A stretch of DNA of 64,000 bases from Massalongia carnosa (Eukaryota), in NCBI GenBank assembly GCA_965645245.1, contig OZ287088.1, positions 186,001 to 250,000 on the forward strand, given 5' to 3'. Below, in pieces: positions 24,901 through 37,835 of this stretch. How positions within the stretch are numbered: position 1 is the first letter of the stretch; every line of letters begins with the position of its first letter. A program made the position numbers and the translations under genes. The notes beneath the pieces were generated by a model. The model was given only the letters and a program-made list of their open reading frames with translations. It was not told the DNA's origin and did no database searches.

Positions 24901-26614
24901 TGATCCTGAGCGTATCGTTCGAAATAGCTGTTGTATTCGAAGCCTAAATTGGTATGGAAGCGATAGATAAGCCAGTTTTCGTCCAGGCTTAGCTTGCTTG
25001 AGAAAGTGCGAAGCTTATTGACCGTGGCGCGAAATTGGGTAACGTAGTCTGGAGGGCTGCTGCAATCCGATAGGATAAGGTTGTCTAATTATCTGAAGGT
25101 GTCATTGAGGAATCCCGAAGCGAGGCTTATAGTTTGACTCAAGCAGGTCCCAGGCGACGGAAGCAGTAGTATGGTCTTCTATATCGGTGTAGGCATTTCC
25201 TTCACAAGCTAATCGAAGAGCAGTGCAGGCCTTATCTTGGCCCTTTTTCCATTTGTTGAAGCCATCATTGGGAGCGTTTGGGCGTGGTGCAGCTTCGGTG
25301 TTATCAAAATAGATCCAAAGATCTATCATTTTGAGGCAATCTCGCATGGCTCGCTTCCATGCTGGATAACCCTCGTGGTCCACTAGCTTAGGGATCCTAT
25401 CAATAGCGCTATAGGACCCCGATGCAGAGATTTTTTCACTCATGATGGAAAGGGTTTATTGGAAGAGCTTGATGGATTGTCCTTGTTAACGGACTGGATT
25501 GAACTGGTGTTTGGTTTTACCGGATTCCGACGGAGTGCTATTATAAGTGCTTGGTGACTTGGTTCTGGCTCTTAGATCGAAAGGATCACAGTCGCTGGGC
25601 GGTTCTAGGTCCGATTTTGATGTGGACTGACCGGGAGTGACTGGAGGCTCAGGGATGATGGTACAAAGCAATCCAATTTTGATTGATCTGAGTTATCCTC
25701 TAAGAGAAAAGCAACGATTTCCGCACTAGCCGCCTGTAATGTATGTTGTGAATCCCGTTCAAGCCTTGTTGCCGGCCTATTATTTGGTTGAGGCTCTGAG
25801 AGTCATTGGATCTCGGCAAGAGTGCCACGTAGGAATGGGGCAGTGATTGATATAATAGATCTAAATGCAGAAGCAGATGCAGGTGCAAAGATAGATTTGA
25901 GGCGTTTAGTTGTGCCTTTGGGGTTGATAAATCGAGAGCGTTTTTTGTTGCTCGAAGCCATAATCCTGCAGTCTTATAACTGATACGCAGATGCTGACTA
26001 TGAATAGAGGGCAAAATCGATGGCAGGGAGATTTGGTTTCATCCCAATGGATGTCACATTCCCGGTTTTTTATTGGGAACGTAGATCATCCGAGACATCT
26101 GGATGTCACATTCCCGGTTTTTAGTTGGGAATGTAGATCATCCGAGACATCGAAACGAAGTGCAAGGAGGTGCCTGTTAAAATATTTGTTAGCGTTCGTT
26201 TAGTAAGTGGCAAAGAAGAAGCCGGGCGCCCGATAGTAGTACTTAGCCATCTCAAACACTGCCGACATTTTCATATGTGTCGATTTGTGTCGGATTTTTT
26301 TGTAGGAGATTATTCGCGACGGTAATTGTTTGCGACGGTAAGGAGGCTTGTGTTAGGGTAGGTAAAGTAAGACAAGCAAACACATGTAAAGAGGCGCCCT
26401 GCGGCCGGGCTCATAACCTATCAAAAGGTAGTATAGTAGATAGAGGATAGAATGCTTGCTATTGTTCTATATAGTGGGAATAGCTAGATTTATAGACAAT
26501 GCACGGTATGCTAGTATTAGACTAGCGATACGTCTAGCCATTAGCGTGCGTATACTCGTGCGGTAGAAGGTGAGTGCGGCTGAAATGAAGTAGCCTGATT
26601 TGTACATTCTAACA
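21985..26614 (-). mobile_element. Ty1/Copia retrotransposon 2, 3'-truncated
   Basis: 5' LTR at 26419-26614 followed by PBS-like ggttatgagccc. It has gag (25102-25443; CNHCRKDYHVESEC knuckle), protease WICDSGT, WHARLGH, integrase and RT (IYVDD), which ends abruptly after TRPDLAY. Confidence 0.88.
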
Positions 26615-26816
26615 CTATCAAAACTCCATATTTTTGGCGGGAACCTAGCTTACATAACTGCCACTTATTTTGTCACCCCGCCCTATAGCTAGCCTAGACC
26701 ACAACAAATACACACCTTTTTGCACCCTTTCTTCACATAGCCCACTACGTGATACGACCTCTGCACATTCTTAACAGGCTAGCTGTATAAATATAAGAAG
26801 TTCAGGACCTTCTGTC

Positions 26817-29800
26817 ATGCCAGATAAAGACTTATGCCTATTATCTCTCGATGGAGGTGGAGTGCGAGGGCTATCGTCACTCGCAATCCTCAAGCGACTG
26901 ATGGAGATCATCAATCCGGATGCGCCGCCGAAGCCATGCGAGTATTTCAACATGATCGGAGGGACAAGTACCGGTGGATTGATTGCTATCATGCTGGGTC
27001 GTCTTGAGATGAACATTGATGAATGTATCGATGCTTATGTCGCATTGTTCGATCAAGTATTTCAAAAAAAGTGGCATCGTGTCACAATAAACGGACACGT
27101 ACAAGGGAGATTCGACACAGAAGAGCTGGAACGGTCAATTCGAGAAATCGTAAAGCGGAAGGACAAGGCAGGCGAAAATGCTCTCCTCAAAGGATCGGAG
27201 AATCAGCAGTGCAAAGTGTCAGTGCTTTGGAAGTTGCATTTACACGTACTATTCTAGTGATATTAACGAAGGCTAGATTTGTATGCGCTCTAAGCAAAGA
27301 GACAGCCGACACAGTCCTTTTCACATCGTATCCTTCTCGAGGATCCTCAGATATGTATCATAAGACACGAATTTGGGAGGCAGCTCGAGCCACATCTGCC
27401 GCATCATCCTTCTTTGATCCAATCAGAATTGGCCAGTTTGAAGAAGAATTTGTCGACGGGGCCGTGGGGGCTAACAATCCTGTCGCACAGCTTTGGAACG
27501 AGGCCAAAAGTGTGTGGTCAGATGAAGCGCTTGAGGGAAACATTAAATGCCTAATATCTATCGGTACCGGTGTTCCATCCTTGGATTCTTATGGCTCAAG
27601 CCTCTTCGAGATTGCAAAAACATTGAAAGACATTGCAACAGAGACAGAAAAAACAGCGGAGTCTTTCCATCGAGCACATTCAGATCTCGACGATGGGAAT
27701 CGCTATTTTCGTTTCAATGTTTCTCATGGGCTTGAGAGTATTGGACTCGAAGATGGAGCACAGAAGAACAAGATTATGGCCGCCACAACCCGCTATGTGG
27801 CTTTGGAAAGCATGATGAAACAAATGAAGCTCTGCGGAAATAATCTTTCCACACGAGAATGTGAGTTAATGTTTCCTTGATAATCTTTGATTTACTTAAT
27901 CTTTGAATAGATTCTGGTCCATACAAAGTGCCATTCAGTTTGAAAGGCCTACCCCGTGTACCCAAATTCGTAGCTCGTGATCAGGAAATGAATGACCTTA
28001 AGGAAAACCTTTTCCCCAAGCCAACTCGTGAGACTCGCCGGAAGGTATTCGTTTTGCACGGACTTGGCGGCTCCGGCAAGACTCAGCTAGCAATCGAGTT
28101 CGCTCAAAGATCACAGAAGATTTTCAGTTCAATTTTTTGGCTAAACGGCGATAGTAAGGAAAGTGTACGTCAAAGTCTTGCTCAGATTGGTCGAAAATTG
28201 CCCAAAGATCAAGTTCCGGATTTATGTAGAAGATTCCACAAAACATCCCCTGAAGAGCTAGATGAAATCATCAATAATATTCTGATTTGGTTCGATCAAC
28301 CCGAAAACAACCGATGGCTTCTCATTTTCGATAACATCGATCGTGATAACTCGCCTGAGGCAGATGATCCTCAATCATATGATGTAGAAGAATTTTTCCC
28401 AGAAGCCAATCACGGCTCTATTTTAATCACAAGCCGATTACGACAGCTGCGACAACATGGGCATGACCGGCAACTTGGGAGAATGAGCGATCTACAAGGA
28501 GCAGAAGTATTACGATACAGGATAGGACGATCAATCGAAGGTAATGAAAACCAAGCAACAGTCTTGGTCCAATTCACTAAGCAAGCATTATATAGACCTT
28601 GACAGGATCGTCGAGAAAGTGGGTGGTCTCCCACTTGCACTTGCTCATGCAGGCTCCTATATTCACGGAACGGCTACAAGTGTGAACGACTATATTCGAT
28701 ACTATGAAGAGACTTGGGAGAAGCTTCACGACAACAAAATGACGCGATTAAAAGATTATCCCCGTAACATTTTGTCTACGTACACCATTTCTTACGAATA
28801 TGTGCGACGCAATGACGCGAGCGCTGCAAAATTGCTTGATCTGTTTGCATATCTCGATCACTCAGATTTATGGTATTCTTTATTCACGCCTGTACTTCAC
28901 GAAAGCATTGTCCCAAAAGAGACATTACCTACCTGGTTTTCATGTAGCATGAAAACGGAGTTTGACTTTACACAGAAGATTCAAATACTGCTAGACTACT
29001 CTTTGATAGAAACACGATATGAGACCTCATCGTATGCGATTCATCCAATTATACATGACTGGTGTTTTCACTTGAGTTGGACCTCCAAGGACGATATAGC
29101 TTCTTTAGCAGTTTCTGTAATCGGTTCGGCATGTCATTCCACTGATAGTTCAGCAAACTGGCTGCATCGAAAACGACTGCTTGATCATTGTAGCCATGTT
29201 CACTTCTGCATTGGGAAAAGAACTGAAAACCTTGAAAGCAATGAGAGATGGGAACAAGTGTTATATTTTTCATATCGTGCTATTGGTGATTTTTCAAGAG
29301 AACAAGGCAAGATGAAAGAAGCCGAAGACATGTACTTGCGAGCATTGACAGGATACAAAAAGGCCCGGGGTCCTGAGCATACATCGACACTCGATACGGT
29401 CAACAATCTTGGACTTCTGTACAAGAATCAAGGCAAGATGAAAGAAGCCGAAGACATGTACTTGCGAGCATTGACAGGATACGAAAAGGCCTGGGGTCCT
29501 GAGCACACATCGACACTCATGACAGTCAACAATCTGGGAAATCTGTACTCGGATCAAGGCAAGATGAAAGAAGCCGAAGACATGTACTTGCGAGCATTGA
29601 CAGGATACGAAAAGGCCTGGGGTCCTGAGCACACATCGACACTCGATACAGTCAACAATCTGGGAAATCTGTACAAGAATCAAGGCAAGATGAAAGAAGC
29701 CGAAGACATGTACTTGCGAGCATTGACAGGAAAGGAAAAGGCCTGGGGTCCTGAGCACACATCGACAATCATGACAGTCATCAATCTAGGACTTCTGTAC

Positions 29801-31501
29801 TCGGATCAAGGCAAGATGAAAGAAGCCGAAGACATGTACTTGCGAGCATTGACAGGATACGAAAAGGCCTGGGGTCCTGAGCACACATCGACACTCATGA
29901 CAGTCAACAATCTGGGAAATCTGTACTCAGATCAAGGCAAGATGAAAGAAGCCGAAGACATGTACTTGCGAGCATTGACAGGATACGAAAAGGCCTGGGG
30001 TCCTGAGCACACATCGACACTCGATACAGTCAACAATCTGGGAAATCTGTACAAGAATCAAGGCAAGATGAAAGAAGCCGAAGACATATTCTTGCGAGCA
30101 TTGACAGGATACGAAAAGGCCTGGGGTCCTGAGCACACATCGACACTCGATACAGTCAACAATCTGGGAGCTCTGTACTCGGATCAAGGCAAGATGAAAG
30201 AAGCCGAAGACATGTACTTGCGAGCATTGACAGGATACGAAAAGGCCTGGGGTCCTGAGCACACATCGACACTCATGACAGTCAACAATCTGGGACTTCT
30301 TTACTCGGATCAAGGCAAGATGAAAGAAGCCGAAGACATGTACTTGCGAGCATTGACAGGAAAGGAAAAGGCCTGGGGTCCTGAGCACACATCGACACTC
30401 ATGACAGTCAACAATCTGGGACTTCTGTACTCGAATCAAGGCAAGATGAAAGAAGCCGAAGACATGTACTTGCGAGCATTGACAGGATACGAAAAGGCCT
30501 GGGGTCCTGAGCACACATCGACACTCGATACAGTCAACAATCTGGGAGCTCTGTACTCGGATCAAGGCAAGATGAAAGAAGCCGAAGACATGTACTTGCG
30601 AGCATTGACAGGATACGAAAAGGCCTGGGGTCCTGAGCACACATCGACACTCATGACAGTCAACAATCTGGGAAATCTGTACTCGGATCAAGGCAAGATG
30701 AAAGAAGCCGAAGACATGTACTTGCGAGCATTGACAGGATACGAAAAGGCCTGGGGTCCTGAGCACACATCGACAATCATGACAGTCAACAATCTGGGAC
30801 TTCTGTACTCGGATCAAGGCAAGATGAAAGAAGCCGAAGACATGTACTTGCGAGCATTGACAGGATACGAAAAGGCCTGGGGTCCTGAGCACACATCGAC
30901 ACTCATGACAGTCAACAATCTGGGAAATCTGTACTCGGATCAAGGCAAGATGAAAGAAGCCGAAGACATGTACTTGCGAGCATTGACAGGATACGAAAAG
31001 GCCTGGGGTCCTGAGCACACATCGACACTCGATACAGTCAACAATCTGGGAAATCTGTACAAGAATCAAGGCAAGATGAAAGAAGCCGAAGACATGTACT
31101 TGCGAGCATTGACAGGATACGAAAAGGCCTGGGGTCCTGAGCACACATCGACACTCATGACAGTCAACAATCTGGGAAATCTGTACAAGAATCAAGGCAA
31201 GATGAAAGAAGCCGAAGACATATTCTTGCGAGCATTGACAGGATACGAAAAGGCCTGGGGTCCTGAGCACACATCGACACTCGATACAGTCAACAATCTG
31301 GGAGCTCTGTACTCGGATCAAGGCAAGATGAAAGAAGCCGAAGACATGTACTTGCGAGCATTGACAGGATACGAAAAGGCCTGGGGTCCTGAGCACACAT
31401 CGACACTCAACACAGTCAACAATCTGGGACTTCTGTACAAGAATCAAGGCAAGATGAAAGAAGCCGAAGACATGTACTTGCGATGCTTCTTGAAGAGTTA
31501 G
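26817..31501 (+). CDS. Fungal NLR: patatin-like phospholipase - NB-ARC - TPR (~1506 aa); exons 26817-27217, 27277-27860, 27911-28540, 28596-31501
   Basis: Patatin motifs LDGGGVRG, GTSTG and DGA; P-loop GLGGSGKT, Walker B LLIFDNID, ITSR, GGLPLAL, IHPIIHDW; then a TPR array. Three GT-AG introns (59, 50 and 55 nt) join the exons in frame, totalling 4521 nt. Confidence 0.93.
29303..31483 (+). repeat. Tandem array of 17 full plus 1 partial 126-bp (42-aa) TPR-coding repeats
   Basis: caaggcaagatgaaagaagccgaagac recurs every 126 bp from 29303 to 31445. Confidence 0.97.
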
Positions 31502-31779
31502 AGATCGGTATGTTCCTCTACTCCAAATCATAGATTTTCTATCACTAAACTCTTCTCATAATAGATTTTAGAAGCACCGTAATGAAGAGTAACGTAGTTT
31601 GTTTGTACCCAGTGCGAGTTAACAAAAAAACGAAAGTGTCTTTTCATCTACCGTTAATCAAGTAACACCCTCGATTTCGGAATCAGTGACCATTCTTCGC
31701 CTTGCAAAAACTCAGGAGGAGTTCCTAGAAATGCTTGATAGTGTAATATAGTCCTTGGCAATACTAAGTCCGAAACAAG

Positions 31780-34700
31780 CTTAAGACCGATTCTCCGCTT
31801 TACGCCAACGAGGACGAAAAGGTCAGTTATGCTTTATCGCAGATGGAAGCGCCTATCTTTGGGGCTATGCACTCCTGGGTCGTCGACATGGGCGACTCTC
31901 TCACCATTGACGCTCTGTTCGACGAGATCGAAAATTATATGGGCATACATCTCCAGAGTCGAGATGCCAAGAAAGAACTCATCACCATCACAATGAAAAG
32001 TGGTGAAAGTGTAAGCGAGTACTATCATCGAATTTTTAAGCTTTGGCAAAAGGCCAAAACCCCCATCGACAAGAGGATATAGAAGTTTCTTGTAACATTG
32101 AAGCCAAACATCTCTAATTCACTGATGGGTTCAGTTTTCACCGAATTTCGTCCCTTGCTGGACGAAGCTAGGAGAATCGAATATCGACGCAAGGATGTCG
32201 CTCACTACTTTACTCGGCCAGAAAAGTCTGGTCCGTCAAAGGACTCTGGTCGCGAAGGCAAGTCCTCGAGTGGACAAAACCTCCATTTCCGATTCTCGTC
32301 AATCGAGTGCAAAAGAGAAGAAGTCGGGTGATCATCCAAACTCCAAGTTCAGCGCCACGATAGTCAAACCCGCTGGTTGGATAGGGGTTTGGTACGCTCC
32401 TGACCCCAACCCCAAAAAGTTGGAGAAGGAAGAGCGAGAGACATTGTCGCGTCAGGGACGCTGTTGGGCATGTCGGGGGTCAGGTCATCGAGGAAACGAC
32501 TCGATCTGCCATCAATTTAAAGAAAAAAAGCTTAACACTACAAGAATTGTTGAGATAGACTCTGACTCCGAGTCAGGAAAAGCTTAGTCCTTGATCAAAA
32601 CCGCGATCAAGGACGTCTTAAGATGTCATTTGTGAAATTGGTAGCGCTGAAATGAAGACAGTAAGGGTCTCTAGTTGTGCTGTTCTCGATACTGAAAAGA
32701 AGATCGAGGGCAAGCATGTAGTATTTAAAACTAGCATAGCTGGAATTAAAACTCGTTTACTTGTTGATAATGGAAGTGAGGCTGAGCTGATTGATGAATC
32801 CTTCGCGCGTGTAAATAAACTGAACACCTCTAAATTAGAAACGGGGGTTAAACTGACCCTTGGAAACGAAGAGGTTGCCCCACTTCTCACGAGGACCGCC
32901 CTAGTCGACGTCAAAATCGGGGATCATCAAGAACAAGTCCTTTGCTATGTAGCAAAACTGGACGTGTACGCGATTATTCTAGGAGATGGGTGGCTACAAA
33001 CTCACAACCCCAGCATTGACTAGAAAGAGCGAATTATGAAGTTTAACTCTGCCGATTGCTTGGAAATGGGATGCCTTTCGCGTGGAATAACCTGCACCGA
33101 ATTTGCTGTTGAAAGTAGGGCAAAGAATAGGATCGGAACAAAAGACGATATCGAAGTCCTCTTTCGGATGGTTAGGAAGAAAGATCACGAGGGATACTTA
33201 TGGACTCCCCGAGAACATAAGACCTTCTGTGCCACAACCACTGGGGCCGTCACCTCAAAGGATTACGACAAGTTTATGAAAGGCAAACCCGAGTACTCCC
33301 GCGAAGAATTGTTGTAGAAAATTCCCTCAGAGTATCATAGCATGATAGAAGTCTTTATGAAGCATAAAGCAGACGAACTACCGGAACATCGGAAGGAGGA
33401 TCACGAGATCAACCTCATGGACGGAAAGGAACCCCCTTATGTCAGGAACTATAAGCCTATGTCAGAACAGGAGTTGGAAGCTGTCAAGAAGTATATTGAC
33501 GAACATATGGGAAAGGGATTCATTCGTCCTAGTTCGTCGACAGCAGCTGCTCCAGTCCTTCTAGTTCGAAAACCAGGTGGTGGACTGAGATTCTATGTGC
33601 ACTATCGAGCCTTGAATGCCATCACAGTAATGAATCGATATCCTATTTCCCTAATTAACGAGACGCTCGGAAAACTCTCGCAGGCAAAACGCTTCACGAA
33701 ACTAGATGTTATTACGGCATTCAATCGTCTTCGACTAAAAGAAGGACATGAATGGCTTACCGCTTTTAACACAAGATATGGCCAGTTCGAATATCTGGTC
33801 ATGCCTTTCGGGTTATGCAATGCTCCAGGGACTTTTCAGAGTTATATAAATAATTCTGTTCGGGAATATTTAGACGTCTTTTGTACTGCTTATCTGGATG
33901 ACGTCTTGATCTACAGTGATAATGAGGAAGAACATTCAGATCACGTCTTGAAGGTTCTTAAACGCTTGGGGGAACGAGGACTCCAAGTTGACATTGACAA
34001 ATGTGAATTCTCGGTGACTAAAGTAAAATACCTCGGACTTATAGTCACCACTGAAGGAATACAAATGGATTCCGAGAAGATTGAAGCGATTTTGAAATGG
34101 GAAACTCCGGATTCCGTGAAGGACGTGCAAGCTTTTCTAGGCTTTGCAAACTTCTATCGACGATTCATATCAAAGTTCTCTCAGCGTACAAGGTCTCTGA
34201 CGGAATTAACAAAAGGGGAACAAATAACGACCAAGTCTGGCAAGAAGAGAACCCAATATAACGTGTTCATCTGGACCGAAGATTGTAAAAAAGCTTTCGA
34301 AGATTTGAAAGAGGTCTTCATTACTGCACCAGTGTTAGCGCACATACGATTCTTTTCTAGAGACATGGATAGAAACAGACTCTTCGGATTTCGTCACTGC
34401 CGGAGTCTTATCTCAGATGCATGACGGAGTGCTCAGACCGGTAGCATATTTCTCCAAGAAGATGACACCGGCCGAATGTAATTACATGATATATGATAAG
34501 GAACTCCTCGCTATCATAAAGAGCTTCGAGGTCTGGCGGCCCGAGGCAGCAAGTGCTGCGCCTGACCAGCCAATCAAAGTTTATACTGATCATAAAAACC
34601 TGGAACACTTTATGACGACAAAGCAACTGAACCGCAGACAGGCCCGATGGGCTGAATTCCTTTCGGAGTTCAATTTCAAAATCATGTATCGACCGGGCAG

Positions 34701-35890
34701 ACAAGGCGAAAAGCCGGACACACTTACTCGACGTTCTCAAGACCTTCCAAAAGGGTTTGACGACTCTCGACAACAACATCAATTCCAGACATTGCTACAG
34801 GAGCATCAACTGGACGATGACGTAAAGAAGGCTTTATCAGTGATCTTCTGTGCAAACACAAGAACACACAACACTGACGAAGAAGCTGAGAAACCTCAGG
34901 ACATCGAGGACGATGAAGAGGCTCAGAGTCAGATTCTGAATGAAAATCCGGTGAAAGAACTAGGCGACGATTCGGAAGAAGATCCATCAGCGAAACCTCT
35001 AGAAGAACTAATTGAAGAAGCTTATGAAAAAGATGAAGTAGTTCAAGACATAATCGCTGCCAAAACACGAGAACTTCGCAAGCTTCCATCGCATCTTATA
35101 AAGAAAGGGATCAAATTAGCCATGGGAGATCTCAAAGTGAAAGATGAAAGACTATATGTCAAAGAAAGGCTGTATGTCCCAGATCATGAACCCCTTCAAT
35201 TATGCCTGTTGCAGAAACATCACGAACCTCCTCTGCAAGGATACCCGGGATATAAAAGCATGTATCAGTCACTGATGGAAAACTACTTCTGGTTCGACAT
35301 GAAGGATCACTGCAAAAGATACGCAGTGAACTGCTCCATTTGTCGAAGGTCAAAACCATACAATGTCAAGAAATAGGGCTTACTGAATCCTCTACCCATA
35401 CCGAACAGAAAATGGACAGTCGTCTCTTTAGATTTTGTGGAGTTTTTGCCGGAATGTCGGCGAAGGAATAGAGTGTATCAACACATATTAGTGATAGTAG
35501 ACCGTCTAACCAAAAGACGATTATACGAACCGCTTACGTCACTCTCCACCGACGAATTAATGGACGCCATGTCTCGACGACTCTTCTCCTCGTATGGCTT
35601 TCCATTGTCAACGGTAAACGATCGAGGCAGTCAGCTGACTGCTCATCTGTGGAAAAGAATTTGTGAAAGATACGGAGTAAAGATAAAGTTCTCTTCAGCG
35701 CATCATCCAGAAACGGATGGTCAAACTGAGAATGCAAATAAAGTAATGAAGAACTACCTTCGATCATACATCAATTATGCTCAGGACAACTGGGTCGACT
35801 ATCTTTCAGATGCCGAGTTCGCCGTCAACAATCATGTTAACGTTTCGACAGGAATGACACCATTCTTCGCAGATCACGGCTTTCATCCGG
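31780..35890 (+). mobile_element. Gypsy/chromovirus internal fragment (gag to integrase, both ends lost)
   Basis: CWACRGSGHRGNDSIC knuckle, LLVDNGS protease, RT AYLDD, RNase H and integrase HHPETDGQTE; multiple stops. Related to the copies at 40395 and 49458. Confidence 0.92.
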
Positions 35891-37104
35891 TTTCGGGCCC
35901 CGAAGGATGATAGATGCGTTGGATGGCCGATAATAACGTCCAGTCGTCCATGATGGCGTGGTTGAAACCCTCTCCTCGATCTGGAGTGATGGTTAGCATG
36001 CAGTGCGCTTTGTCATCAGGGCATGGGGCCGCAACTTACACATGGCCATTGTATGGGCAGCGTCTCCCGCGAGGGTGACTCGCCCGCCCAAGTTCGGGGC
36101 TGGGCCTGAGGGAAGATACCAATCGACGAGATCAATACTCAGCACCGGGCTGTGGTCGGAGCGAAGCGCCTCATGGAAAATGGATCGCAGCCGCGGGTCA
36201 AAATTCATCGACTTTTGCCGCATCTTGAGGACTCTTGCGGCGTCAGTCTTGGGAATCTCGGAGAGATTCTCGCTCGACCGCCATGAGAGACAAAGTTGGA
36301 TCTTCCACGTACGCTGGTCGGGAGGCAGTGATATCGTCCCATTGGTTTCGGGGCTTTCCATTACGGAGAACCACATCCAGGTCGAGGATGTGGGGTGGCA
36401 TCCCTGGAAAAGTATCGGATCGATTTCCAGAAGTGGCCGGATCTGTTTATCGTTGACATGAATCGATGTCCCAAGGAACTGAACGGGTATCGGTGTGGGC
36501 GGCAATATTTCGGGGCTGTACATTAGCGATCGGACTTTGGAAGCTGCGCCGTCCACACCCACCAGGAGGAGACCCTCATACGAGGACCCGTCCCTAAAGT
36601 TCGCCTTGACACCTACGTCGGTGGGCTCGAAAGAGACAAACTGTTTCCCCCAGAAGATTTGTTCGGCTAAACCCTCTTCGAGAAGTAACCGACGGAACCG
36701 GTCTCGGGAAACCCGTTTTCGTGTGCCAGATCCAGGTGGCAACCGCCATTTGACACCGCAGTCGGCTAAATTGATGTATATGGAGTCGCTACGGTCATAG
36801 TTGACGTCGGGATTCACTTGCGTTGAGTCTAAACGGGCAATAATGGCGTCGGGAAGTAGTAACAGGATCTGTGGGAGGCTGAAATGGATCGTCAACGCCC
36901 ATCCCTGCAGACGACTGTTTGCAGCGGTGTCGCGCTCGAATATCAGGAAAGGAACCGATCTCTGATACGATCAGAAAGGGTTGAGTATGAGAAATCGGCC
37001 AAAAAACCCACTTTCTTCAATGCCTGCGCTAACGTCAGGCCCGCTATACCGGCGCCGATAATCAGCACTGGTTTTTGACGTATCCCTGAAGTACAATGAG
37101 CCAT
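35885..37104 (-). pseudogene. FAD-dependent monooxygenase (aromatic hydroxylase type), C-terminally truncated
   Basis: MAHCTSGIRQKPVLIIGAGIAGLTLAQAL (GxGxxG), FERD, LLVGVDGAASKVR, VTLAGDAAHTM-YRGEGFNHAI; two GT-AG introns. The last exon runs into the Gypsy fragment and stops at about 35885. Confidence 0.8.
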
Positions 37105-37835
37105 TGAATGTTCCAGAGCGGGTCGATAAATATAAACATCAAGTAAGAGAAAGAACCCCAAAAATCAGATATGTAGTACTCAGGTTCGGACGAAAAGCTA
37201 TATGTATCTCACATGTGCATATATAGAGTACCGAGTACTCCGCTTGATCCGGATAAGCCATGCATGTTGCCCAAGTACGTTATCCGGAGATGTGATTCTG
37301 TATCGTGCAAGTTATTGCATCACAATGGAACAAAAAAACAAAGTTAAATCTTTCAGCGTTAGGGAGGCAGGCATGCAGTAGTTGGGTTTCGGGATGTCTG
37401 TTAAAGATTTCGATGAAAGATCATTTGCGAGGTAAACCGAACGGCGAGGTTACATGTAAGGAATACGTCTAAAATTACAACGTGTTCCGTAAGCTGTAAA
37501 ATACCGAGTCAAACAGAAACTAGAGTAACCGCCGCAGTACGGAACGTGTCCTTTTAGACAAAGTATAGTTAGGCTTTGTATTTGGATTCATGAATCTGAT
37601 TGGCGGGTAGTTGTTGAAAGAATTCTAGAGAGGCAGGCTGAATTGTTGACAGTTTTCTTGTTCAGTGACTCCTTCACCAATTACCACCGGTGAAGTTCAA
37701 CTCAAATGTTCCACGTCTGACTTCCTGGGGTTCTGTGCGCTGCCCGGTACCTAGGTGACACATCTGATCCAGTATTCAGGATCTCAGAACAGACTTCTTA
37801 AATTATCGGATATTGTCTTCCACTCGTTCAGTCCA

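Noticed and set aside
29303..31483. CRISPR-like or DGR-like reading of the repeat array
   Set aside because: There are no unique spacers, the units are in-frame coding TPRs, variation is not adenine-specific, and no template repeat or dedicated RT is present.
29927..31531. 534-aa Cys-rich antisense ORF (and 29294-29758)
   Set aside because: It is the shadow of the 126-bp TPR repeat: one stop-free antisense unit is simply propagated, and a single synonymous change breaks it.
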